From: Catajapyx aquilonaris
Taxonomy: Eukaryota
DNA: 32,781 nucleotides
Direction: 5' to 3'
Assembly (NCBI GenBank): GCA_000934665.2
Contig: KZ539143.1
Coordinates: forward strand, 1-32,781
Part shown: in pieces, positions 20,290 to 31,584 of the stretch
Layout: every line of letters begins with the position of its first letter
How positions within the stretch are numbered: position 1 is the first letter of the stretch
Translations under genes and position numbers: made by a program
The notes under the pieces: model-generated
What the model was told of the DNA's origin: nothing
What the model saw: only the letters and a program-made list of their open reading frames with translations
Databases searched by the model: none

Positions 20290-23200
20290 TTTATGAACAT
20301 CCTGCTTCTGATGGTGGACATGTAAAGGCCTGCTCCTTTACTGACCTCCCAAGTTCAGAGGATGCGTGCCAGTTTGGCATCGACGAGTTGCAGAAGGTTA
20401 ACGAGAACTACCGTACCGGGCATACGCCCGATAAGAGTCTATGCAAGAAGGAGGAATCATTTGGCTACGAGAGAGGAACTCCATGCATCTTGCTCAAGCT
20501 CAATAAGGTAAGGCATAAAATTAGTTATTTCTTGTGTACAGAGTATTGTATACAGGTAGAGTGTTGGACATTAATTGCGTCATACTGCTAGCGACACTTT
20601 CCGAAGCGGCAGAAAAACTAATCGAAGGAATGGATAGTGTGATCCGTGCGAGCAAGATTCGTTCTTCTGCCCCTTTGGAAAACGTCCAACTCTGTACTCT
20701 ACACCCTTTGGAGCAGACACATTGCAGAATTTATAATTTTTTGGATATTGGAATGTTATTTTGCATCTTTGTGTATCCCAGAAATGTATAGGTCAATCCC
20801 CCAACTTCAAATGTATGCACATAGTCTTGCAGTACAGGCACATTTACCTCTTTATTGAGGATCCTGGAGAAGAGGGTACTATTGGCGTGGAAATGGTACA
20901 GACACTTGTCAAGGGTCAGATTACCCCCAAGTGTCTGTACCATTTCCACACCGATAGTTCATCAGTCATTTGAGTTGTCATGGTGAACACTGTACATATA
21001 AACGGGGGTCAATAGGAAGCGTGCAGTAACAACAATATGCTCCCGGGCCAATCATAGGGCTTGGTCTTGCAATGAAGCATTTTAATATTATAGATTGAGC
21101 TTTGAACTCTGGTATTTCTGTGACTAACGCGTGAATTAAATCACATTTCTCTCATTTGACTATTTCTTACTAATATCTTGACTTTGGGTCAATCCCTTGA
21201 ACAGTGTGTTATCCAGATTTTGCTATGATGATGATGATGATGGATGATGATGATGATTATGTTTTTCTTCTCTTACTATGCATGTGTTCTCATCTTGTTT
21301 CAGATATTTGGCTGGGTCCCAGATTATTACAATGAAACTGAGGAGTTAGAATCAACCAAAATGGACCAGAGTTTAATTCAATACATCAAGGACGTCAAGG
21401 GTAGAGCAGGTGACCAGAAAATGGTATGTCACAATATCTTTGAATTGTAAAAATCCAGTGTACTTGCAACATTCCAGTGCACTCATCGTTCTACTCTTTC
21501 CCCCCCTTTAAACCTTGAATCAACCATTTTTTGTTACAAAAATATGGAAAGGCATCTGAACCTGGTTCCAGAGCAATGAGCAAGGTAGTCGGAAGCAGAA
21601 GTGTATGTGTGTGCGTTTGCATGCTGTGAAGAGTTGCTCCAATTGTTGTGCGCACTGCTGCAGGGTCTAGAACTAATACCGTGACTTTGTTTTTACAGAG
21701 GTTCTAGAGCATGGAGGTGTGCCAAAATATTGACAGCTGCTTGACCTGTGCACATTAGATACTTGTGTACTGGCAATGTAGTAACAGCATATTTATGTGA
21801 CATTTGTCTTAACCCATTAATTATTCATTTTGTACATTTATAAATTGACAGTAAACTCTGGTTGTAATAGACTTCAAGGGACTGCGGAAATAAGTCTGCT
21901 ATAACCGAGGTCTGTTATGACCACATACACAGGTCACCTATGGAAGTATGGGGGGACCAGCCTTTCGAGTCTGCTTTCGAGGATCTGTTATATCCGGAGT
22001 CAGCTGTTGCTATTATTATTAGGAAAACTAGGGCCAGTTTTTTGTCGTACTGCTAGTTGGTACCTCGGTCAACTAGTAACCATGGTAACCAGGGGGGAGA
22101 GCATTAAGTGGGCTCTACACAGGCGGTTCGACTCCGACTCTCTCCGACTTGGAGGCATCGGACACCCTCTTCAGACAGAGGTCTGCTGTTCGATGTCCTG
22201 AGCCCCCCACCACACCCTGTCCATGCTGACCCTGTCCCCCTCAGGTGATGAGAAGATGGGGGGACAGGTTTTTGTGGAGGGGGTGGAGGGTGGGGGACAA
22301 GTTTTGAAGAGGTGGTGGTGGATTGGGGGCAAAGTTTAGGTGGAGGTGAAGGTGGTGTGGGGGGCAGCGAGTTCGACGGGAAGACCCCACTATACAATCA
22401 GAGAGCCGGGATGAGTCAGACAGTCCCTTCACACAGTCACTCCGACTGTTTCCCATGCCCACTCTCCCATCTCCAACCTGCCTAGGTGACTTGAGCTGGC
22501 CTCCCTGGATCCGACACTGAATGCCCTTTACACAGAAGGTTCTATGGTCGAATCCGTGTAGGATCTGACTGTGTAAAGCCCACTTTATGGGAGAACCCTG
22601 ACTCTCCAAAGCAAGCTGCTAGGAGAGACTTAGCAGGAAGACAAAAAACCCACCCCTTGAATTTAACTGTTAAAGGGTTAAGCTTTGCAGTAATAGGTAT
22701 TGCTTTTGATGTAGTCTACCATGTGCTAACAAGCTTATAGAGTGCAATTGTTGTTGTTAGCCTTGAAGGCTATAGATGTTGCTAAAAGCACCTGTAACAT
22801 AGGCCAGGTCTAGTCCATTCAAAGATGACTTCAATTTTACCTCAGGGCTGGCCAGAGCCTGTGTAAATCATGCTGTGATTGTGTTGAGTTGTAAAAGCAT
22901 ATGGCTCTAACTGATACCAATGTAACAATACTTACAGAATTTTTATGCCCTTTTATTACAGTATAAGCATATTACTATTGGGTGCACAGTGCTGTAGTAG
23001 TAATTACCACAGCTTTCCACCTTTGAGGTCTCACATTCGATCCCTGTCTTGGACAGATGAATTTCTCATGTGAGAAGGATTTCAATAGGTTCTCTTCATA
23101 TTTGCTGGGTTTTTTTTTGGGGGGGGGGGGGGGNCCCCCCCCCCCACACACACACACACACAATAAAAATCCATAAGAGCACAGGCAGGCAGTGAATAAA

Positions 23201-24405
23201 GTCAGGTGCTGGAAAATGAACTTCTAAAAGGTCCCATCATGTCTCTCATGGGATGTCCTATTGCAGTTTTGAATACACAGCACATTCCAGTAATGATGGT
23301 TACCCAAATGTTTGGAAATAGTCACAACCAAGTGGTAGGTTTTATCTAATTAAGAAGTGGATAGTGTAATTGAGCTGGGTGGAAATAGGGCACAATCTAC
23401 AAATTTCTGCCTTGAGATAATGAGAATAACTAATTGGACCATGGAAAGCATTAGATCAGTGTCACCAAAATAATATCTACCAACCTTAGGGAGACAATGA
23501 GATGCAGAAGTCTGATTGAAGTCACGCAAGAAGTACTGGTCCTTTTTATGCATTGGATTATGGTTTCTTTTGCTCAGAACACTGTCAAGAAAAAGTTAAA
23601 TATAACTTAAATTGAGGAAATGCTGGCATTTGCTAGAAATTATTGAAGTTGTGTACTGGATCAATGGAAAGGTTGCCTTTTTGTTGCTATGATAAGTGGA
23701 AGTAGGGGAATTTTAAGGTGGTAGCGTTATAGGGGTAGTGATTGCCCAAGTACCCAGTTCAAGAGAAGTGTTGTTTTAGCTGGCAACCAATTTAAGAGAC
23801 TAAACCTATTAAATGCAACAATCAGGTTGTGCTCCGAAATCAAGCCTCAGCCTTTCTTTCTTCTTCTTCTTCTATGCTGTATGTGCAAATGTGTATGCAC
23901 CATTTCTCTGATTTTTTTAAAGCTGCCCCACAGCTAGATGTTAGAAGTCATTGTCAGCAAGATGTGCAGCCAATTGACATGTTGTTGAGGGAACATTCAG
24001 GCAGCTTCAATCATGTTCTCATTGAGTGTTCATTGTTTGCAGTTGAACGTTGTGTGGGTGTCATGTGAGGGTGAGAACCCTGCTGACATTGAAAATGTGG
24101 GAGAAATGGAATATTATCCCCTGAGAGGATTCCCTGGATACTATTTTCCATACATGAACACTCCTGGGTACCTCAGCCCTCTTGTAGCAGTGCATTTCCG
24201 TAAGCCAAAGCGTAAGTTGCAATTTTGTTACAAAGTTTCTTTGTGGTGGTGATCCTTTCTTTGTGGTGGTGATGTGTAGTTACTATCCTGACGAATTACA
24301 GAGGGAGTCCTGATCAACATTGAGTGCAAGGCGTGGGCCAAGAACATTAAGCATGACCGCATGGAGCGCCGAGGTGCTGTCCACTTTGAGCTTCTCATCG
24401 ATTAG
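20290..24405 (+). CDS. nrv (ATP1B): Na+/K+-transporting ATPase beta subunit (nervana-type), 3' part; exons 20290-20507, 21304-21423, 24043-24211, 24302-24405
   Basis: Diagnostic motifs 'FGYERGTPCILLKLNK/IFGWVPDYY', 'VWVSCEGENPADIENVG..EYYP.RGFPGYYFPY.NTPGYLSPLVAVHF' and 'GVLINIECKAWAKNIKHDR.ERRGAVHFELLID*'. GT-AG junctions are consistent, with phases 1 (incoming), 0, 0, 1. N-terminal and transmembrane exons were not found. Confidence 0.95.
20878..20958. repeat. Intronic hairpin / mini-MITE (31-bp arms, 19-nt loop)
   Basis: ACTATTGGCGTGGAAATGGTACAGACACTTG pairs with CAAGTGTCTGTACCATTTCCACACCGATAGT with two transitions. Confidence 0.8.
22107..22584. mobile_element. PIF/Harbinger-like non-autonomous element, 478 bp, in a nervana intron
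   Basis: TTA|AGTGGGCTCTACACAG ... CTGTGTAAAGCCCACT|TTA: a 16-bp TIR with one mismatch and a TTA TSD. The interior is G-rich with CCGACT/TCGACT repeats. Confidence 0.7.
22980..23115 (+). mobile_element. Degenerate tRNA-derived SINE head
   Basis: Decayed A-box (GTGCTGTAGTAGTAA) and B-box (CATTCGATCCC) at tRNA-like spacing, with no intact cloverleaf. Confidence 0.4.
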
Positions 24406-26014
24406 AGAGAAATGCTTCTCTTGGGATCGGGTTAGCCGGTGAGCCGTAGAAAAAATTGGCAGCAACAGTTTGGAAGAAAAGGGTGTGTGTGTGTGTGAGA
24501 CCTGGGTGAGAAGAGACAAAGAGCAAGAGAGAGTCAGAAAAAGATAATCTATATTATATATATACACATATACGCAGTGAAATCCAAGTAGCAAATCATG
24601 GTGAACAGCACCCGTTGATCCAAAACTAATGAGCAGTCTTTTAAGGTAATCAGCACAGTCCCTAATTTTACCTGGCCCATTATTTTTATTTATTCACAAC
24701 TCCTCCCCCTCCTCAGTTGACCTCAATTCATTGCCATAGCCATAGTCAGGGATTTGCAAGTCATCTGCATTTTGGCACCCAGTAGAAACCAGATTGGTTT
24801 TTAACTGCTTGTGTGGGGAGAGGGGGAAAAGACCATGTGGTTTTGTGATCAAGGGAGTTTGCTTTTTAAGGCTCTTGTTGATTGTGCTGTTTGTAGATAA
24901 TACATTTAGATTTGTGTACATCAGGAGCATGAGAAATACATTTATGAACAAATCTGGAAACTTAGGTGTGAAATTGCAAATGTTCAGCCTTGTTCTGACC
25001 CTCAAAAAGAGGCTCCTTTACTGTTTTATTTTCTTTTTACTGAATTCTCTTGCTGGGAAGTCCTAGAGCACCATTGAAGCCTCATCCCTGAAGGAGAGTA
25101 TTACTAGTGCAATGGGCATTTTTATAGGATATGGCGCTGCCTCCACCCCCCCCCCCAATGCACCACAAAAATAAAACCAACCCAGATAATTTTTTCCTGC
25201 CATCCGTAAGCTTTTTATCCTATGCTTTTGTGGACTGGAGTGTAGTTTTCCGCAATTTTAAGAAAAAAGGGAGATGAGGTTCAACTAGTGGACAAAATAG
25301 GGGTTCTGCAATTTGTGAGTCTTACCACGATTGAGCCTGTTGTGTCCTCCTTTTGACCCTGGTATGTTGGTTGTAAGATTTTATTTCTTTTCAATCTCTG
25401 GATTACAGGAGCAGTTTGCGCTCTTTTCTTCTGGTGAGCATGAAAGTGAGTGAGAATGTGAAATAAAAAATAAAGAGTGAGTGAATGAGAGAGTGAGCAA
25501 GAGAGTCATGGGGAATTTTAGTAAAGAGAAGAGAGGAAATATATTGGTATCTCGATGAATATGCCAGTCAGTTGTCCAATGTTTGCAGTCATCCCTCTTG
25601 CCCATGGCATATCCATTCCACTTGATGGGAAAAAAGGGTACACCTGAGCAGTTTATATTTTTACTCCCTTTAATGTTAGACCTTCTTTTTGTTGTTGTTC
25701 ATAGTTCCGAGTGAGTGAGGTATGCTGCTATTGTTGCTCTTTACAAATGCTGTATCCCTTAACACAACTTATTGACGGCAATAAATGTTACCAAAATCTT
25801 TTCCAAGTGTCACTAGTCCTGTTTATTCCTCGTCAAGTCCTGACAAAATATAGCATGTGCAGTTTGTCACCAACATTTACTTTTTTACTGCCCTGGTAGG
25901 TACAGTATTTGGATGTGGTAGAAGTCCCTAAACATGCACCAATGTTTCATTGTTCATGTTGACGTATTTGGACATGATGACACTCAATTACAGTGTAACT
26001 CACAGAGACTAGAT

Positions 26015-26215
26015 CAGGGGTGGGCAAACTATGGCCTGAAGAAAATTTGTGCGGCCCGCGCACAAACTTCGGAATTTGTGCAATTTGTAAAGAATAAAAA
26101 ATGGGACAATTTTTATATAAACTTTCTATTTATTATTATTATCTATTATAAATAATGATTATGTAATAGTCAACTTTTCATTAGGTTGAAATTTCCTTGT
26201 TAGATGTGGCCCGCC
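26015..26215. mobile_element. hAT (Charlie-like) fragment
   Basis: Starts CAGGGGTGGGCAAACT..GGCC, with subterminal TGCGGCCCGC and TGTGGCCCGC motifs typical of hAT MITEs. The second TIR is missing and a SINE-related fragment follows. Confidence 0.5.
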
Positions 26216-26227
26216 AAATTTCTTTTT

Positions 26228-26375
26228 GACTAAACCACCCGGGGGAGCTCACTAAAAATGGCCACACGTCAGATGCACTGCACTTGCACATCCCCTCCTG
26301 CCATCCTGCCCGTGGGCCCGGGCGCTTCAATAATAGGATTCCCAGAATTGTACACCATCACAATAAAGGTCTGGC
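26228..26375 (+). mobile_element. Fragment related to the body of the SINE at 31706-32179
   Basis: GACTAAACCACCCGGGGGAGCTCAC.AAAAATGGCC...GCACTTGCACATCCCCTCCT matches the reverse complement of about 31830-31902 (GACTAAGCCACCCGGGGAGTTCACAAAATGACC...GCACTTTGCACATCCCCTCCT). Confidence 0.6.
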
Positions 26376-28289
26376 AAAAAACCCCTCTGGGGTTACTTTA
26401 AGTTACTTGCTTGTCTGTCACTTCCTGGACTGGTGTAGGGACATTTTTGGCTTGTTTTGGATATTTCACAGGAGAGGAGGCATTATTTGAGTAACTTCAG
26501 ATACCTTTCCCAGCATCAGCAACTAACCAAATATTTTATGCATGGATTTGTACCCTGATGTCTGTTCCAGAGGCCTCGGGGTGCCTGATGTAGGAAAAAA
26601 AATATGCATTTTGAGTAACATCTTAAATGTATTGCATTTGGTTTGGTTTTTGGGGGGGAAATGAGGCAACAAAGACTACTGGTATGTGACTAGGCCGAGA
26701 AGGATAAAGAAGACATATCTTTGGTCACTGGTAGGAAGCAGAAATTTTTTTCAGGTGCTCATCTACTAATCATGTGATGCGAGCATATGGTGCTTATCTG
26801 CAACGCCCAAACAGTATACTGTACACCTTTATCTAATCATGTGTGTATGCAGTGGACCAACAGAGGTCGGGAGAGGCTCAGAAGTCACCCACAAACATAT
26901 CACAGACTAGCGATTACGCCAAAGCACTTGACACTGTAATGTCATGCACCGTATTTTTATTACAGATAATCGCTCACTCTTATTTCGGAGCCCCATCGGC
27001 ATTGCCGGATCTGAATAGCCATTGCTACAACAGGGTTCATGAAACGGGTTATCTGGTTGACCTTGTGGAGTGCAGGGCAGGTGTAATTTAATCTTTGCAC
27101 ACTTTTCACGGCCTCCATTTCAACCTGCCAGTATTTCACTTGGAATGTATGGAGGATAAAGTCCAGATGTTGCACGTGATTCAATAAAACAGTACAGAAC
27201 AGTATATTTCTATCATGCTCTTTCGACCTCATGTAGTAAGTAATGGTCAAGATATGCACTATCTGGATATGTCCGAATGAAACCTCTTGATGAAACCTGA
27301 ACAAGGGGAACCTCGTCGTACATGACGTACATACACATGCCCCACATCGCTGACCGGGTTATTTTCAGAGGATGCATGATGGTCTCTGGGTGATCAAAGG
27401 ACACTTTCGATCTTCGCCCTTGATTGACCCCTGACCCCCTGAATGTGGCTCCAGACAGCGTTCTCCGTCGATAACGTGCGTATCACATCCGAATAGTTTT
27501 CAATTTAGTTGGACAACCTATACCAGAGGCACAGAGAAGTGCACATACATTTAGAATGGAAATGAATCGGAAATGTATTCAGTACGTGGAGAGATAATGC
27601 TCATGTGATCTGCAGTAACTATTTTTATTAGCAACGCAGTCAGGACTTGGGATGTGGGAATGCATTATACGTTGCATGGAAGTTCATGAGACTGAAAGGC
27701 CTTATTTCAAAGTAGTGTAACTGCATTGTTTCGATTTTGAATTTCTGATGTTCCGCCGACTTTGCTGACACCTATATAGTATTTATTATTGGGCAGCAGT
27801 TATTATGTCGCTTCATGTCAACACGAGCTGTGTGTATATGAAACAATAGCCTTCGATAGGGCAGATAAATAACCGCAGTGAACGTCTAGTTTTCGAGTGA
27901 CCCGATGTGATTAGGGCGAGCATGTGATCTGAGAGATTAGCACCATTGCTTATGACTTCTTACCCAACTAGGGTTCGATGTGACTCGTGATTGATCTTGA
28001 CCTTTACACGCGCCATTTCACCGTCATCTGGGGCACCTCAAAGAGATGGACTTGTCTGATTTATTGGAAACAGCGATCGTTACAACCATGTTACAACCCT
28101 TCGCAATCCGGCCACGTCAGTCCAACTCCCCTGTTGAAAAAAATAAAAATGCAAACATATGCAAATCAACACCTGCAGCGACATATGCCGGGCCATTGAT
28201 GTGCCAAGGTGTATATCAAAGCAGGCTATTTCATGCCCACATTATTTTATTATTGCACGTCCCGGTCCAATATACCCAGTGACCTGTCA

Positions 28290-28845
28290 ATCACATGACG
28301 TTTTGTGAAATCCTGGCGTCACAAGAAGGCGCTCAGGCTACTCTGGTTAATAATCAGAAAAAGCGTGGATGTAAATAGAAATAATGATGAGTGTGAAATA
28401 TTATAACCATGGTCATTATAACCTTCGTCCTTCCGCGCCCTCCCGTCCCAGATGGTAGGGGGTGAATCCGCAGAAGGGAATGGCCCAATCCCAAGAAGGG
28501 TGGAAGAGGCGGGGTGAGGTTTGCGGGACGGAACGGCAGCCAAGGGGGCGTTGGAGTCGGGGTGGGGGAGGGCGGGTTATCATCAGCGAGAGAGAGAGAG
28601 AGAGAGGTCCACTGGGGGTCACGAGACTTTGTGCGAGTGGTGCTGCCTGGTGGTTTGACTTGACTGTCCTCCCTTCGGTCCTTCTTCTGACCGCTGGTCT
28701 ACCGTGTGGTCGCGCAGTCACGTAACCTCCCTTGCCCGACCACCTCCACTGCTACGTCCGCCGACCGGTGCGGCACAAGCAGCAGACAACCAACCACCCG
28801 GATTGACTGCGTAGTAGTAGCAGCAGGACAAGACTTCGGGAGACC
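28290..28845 (+). promoter_or_regulatory. CpG-rich promoter/5' region of the LAMP gene with CLEAR/M-box-like motifs
   Basis: GC/CpG-rich island before the ATG. GTCACGTAAC (28717-28726) and GTCACGAGAC (28618-28627) are each one mismatch from the CLEAR consensus GTCACGTGAC. ATCACATGAC (28290-28299) is a reverse M-box. A GC box GGGCGG lies near 28570. Confidence 0.5.
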
Positions 28846-31326
28846 ATGAAGGCGAACGGACTCTGGCTGGTGCTGGTAGTGGCGGCTGCCCTCCTAGGCC
28901 TGCTGCAGGCACAAGGGCTGGATGGTACGTATTGTAAACCCCCCTGCACTGGGGAGGATGCACACCTTCTCAGGACAAAGTTCACCCTGCACCACAAGGG
29001 AGGTGTGGGACTCGGGTCGCATCCGGACTGAAGGGGTTGGGGTGTCAGGTGACTCAGCATCAGGCGCACTTGTCGATTGAAAAATGTAACCTTGGGTGGG
29101 CAGCCACTCATTTGCATCAGGAGGTTCGCCCTGCACCACTTGCCTGCTGCACTGGCCACCTGGCAAGCCACAGGGAGGATTTTCTATGCAGAAATGTACT
29201 GGCCATCTGAGGCTTCAGGCTTTGAGTGAAAAAGTTGTGAAAAGTGTCACCAGGGCTTGGGCTGCACAGACTGCATTGCTGGTCTTGTCTGGGTAATGGC
29301 ATCTTAAAGATTTCCAGAACCCACTGAATTTGGCTGGTCAGTGCCATGCAGACAAAGTTGTCATTGCAGTTTATAGAGCAGTTTTCCAGAAGGGTGCGTG
29401 GCCACCAGTTATTCACGCAGCTAGAAGGCATTTCAAACCATTTTGAAGTTGATGAATTGCACCGTTTTCCTGAGCCGTTGGTCACAGGTTAAAAGCTAAT
29501 AAAGTGGCATACTGCTTCTTAAACAAGTCAAGAGTATCTAATGATATTTCAGCTGGCCTGAAAATTGACACGAGAATTAGGGGAAATGAGTGAAGTTGCT
29601 CAGATGCGTTGTGCCAGAAAGGAGATGTGAATCCCTTAGCAGCAGTAATATAATAATGGCAAAAAAAAGCATGCACTTGCACACCAGATAATAATTGAGA
29701 GGCTTCTTGGATTCAGAATGAACCTTAAATAGGCAATGTTACTGCTCGCACAATTGTTGTACTGGACAGGCATTGGAAAGCCATTCCCAGCCTCTCATGT
29801 GTGTCTATTTTTATATGCCAGTTTGACCTTCACCTCCAATTTGTACTTGGGAAGGATCTCATTGTCAAATCAGCTTGCTTTGTGTTAGCCATGCCTGACA
29901 CGATGGAGTCTGCAACATGGTTTCACAAGCAGGCCTCCATAATGCCGGGCTGGACACCCAACACCTGATATTGACCCACATTTTGCGCCTGCAATCTCAA
30001 AGCGCAAGTTGATTAAGCCCCTCTTCACCACTTTTCTAATCAGTGTTGCGTTATCACAAGGGCTGAAATTAAGACTAAGACCTTGAAGCAATGTAATAAT
30101 GTAATGGTGTAATGTCATAATTGCAGCTAACAAGACTACCACCTCGACTGAAGGAACCACAGTGACAACGGAGGCCAACACCACCACCATCACCACCTCG
30201 ACTGTAGCAACATCAACACCTGCTGAATCAACGACCACATCTCTACCTGAGTCAACAACGACTGTCACCACTGAGAAGACCACGACTACTGCAAGCCCTA
30301 CGACCACTCCTGTTCCACCACCAGAACGAGGAAATTGGACTGTGACTATTGGCAATGACACATGCATCATCCTGTCAATGGCAGCTGATCTGGTGCTGCC
30401 TTACAAAAAGGGAGATAAGGTACATGATCCAGTAGCATCATATTAATTCGAACATTGCAAAAAAGCTTTGGAAGGTATAAAAGTCTGGGAAGCAGTTCAC
30501 AGTAATATGGTTTACACTTAACTGTTTCAATGATTTCTGGGGATCAAATGCAGGACCTTTGTGTGGAAAGTTGTGGCCTTACCCACAATGCCGATGTGTT
30601 GTGTGATTTAATGATTAGCATTTTAAAGTGGAACATGTTTGAGGAAATTCACACGAATTCTTGGCACAAGTCATACATGTAATCAAAAAGAATTCGTAAA
30701 TTTCTCTAAATGGGGTAGTTTCTTCCATCTTTGCTTGTAAAACCATTGTTTGAAAGCGTGCATTTGATAGGCTTAGTATTTTTCCTCATAATGCCAAAAC
30801 CTGGTAAAACGTAGGGCAGAATATGGTTGAAGTATATAGCTTGCATGTTAGTCTTGCTATCGTAGATACTGAACAAATTTTCAATTCTTGCACATTCCCA
30901 GTATTGTCTCTTGCGCATCAAATTTGCTTCAGCAGCTTTGCAGTGTCTTGCCAGAATGTTTAAAAACTCACTGTCAGAATGACTAGATGTGAAAGAAGCT
31001 CCCAGTCAATTCAAGAATGTGGAATTAGGATCTGAAATGCTATGGAACTGCATGAATGTCTTTGGAATCTTGGTCACGTGAATGAAAGAACTGAAATTCT
31101 AATTATGGTACTTTCTATTGGCAGGAGGCAAATGTAACCATTGACATTCCCAGGGATGCCAAGTCTAATGGTTCATGTGGAAATGACACCCAAGCTATCA
31201 CCCTTACTTGGGGAGATGGTGCCAAGAACCGTCTAGAAATCAGGTTCAGGAAGGAAGCTGCATCATACTATGTGTCTGACTTGTTGGTTGTCGTCGATCC
31301 TTCCCAATTCCCAGAGTCACAAACAA
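28846..31326 (+). CDS. Lamp1: Lysosome-associated membrane glycoprotein (LAMP family), 5' part; exons 28846-28924, 30127-30419, 31125-31326; continues beyond the window
   Basis: Signal peptide MKANGLWLVLVVAAALLGLLQAQG. Thr-rich mucin-like segment ending 'PTTTPVPPPERGNWTVTIGNDTCIILSMAADLVLPY', the start of the LAMP domain. Next exon 'EANVTIDIP.DAKSNGSCGNDTQAITLTW...LEIRF.....YYVSDL' has the conserved GSC and several N-glycosylation sequons. Phases 1, 0, 1 are consistent. Confidence 0.9.
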
Positions 31327-31584
31327 GTAAGTAGTGTCACTTTAGTCTTCTTGCCTCATGTCCCAACAAGCCATGGTTATGGTGTCTTGGGAAGGGCATG
31401 AGAGTGGGGAGGGAGTAACTTGTTATCTCTGTGGCTTGTTGCCTCACATGTTTCTTATCTTGGGGTTGGGCAAGGTCACTGGGCATACAGGATCTTAGGG
31501 GTGGATTGACCAGCACAAATCATGGTAACTTTGAATATTGGCAGGAATGTATTTGCTGATAGTGTTCCATTCATGATTGCTACC

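Noticed and set aside
21849..22030. pogo/Tigger-like terminus (CAGTAAACTCTGGTTGTAATAGAC)
   Set aside because: Only one degenerate end, with no partner TIR or TSD; too weak to list as a feature.
24236..24273. 20-bp-period tandem duplication in the last nervana intron, and GA/GAT microsatellites elsewhere
   Set aside because: Ordinary slippage products with no sign of function.
29885..30370. 161-aa Val-rich minus-strand ORF
   Set aside because: Antisense shadow of the Thr-rich LAMP exon.
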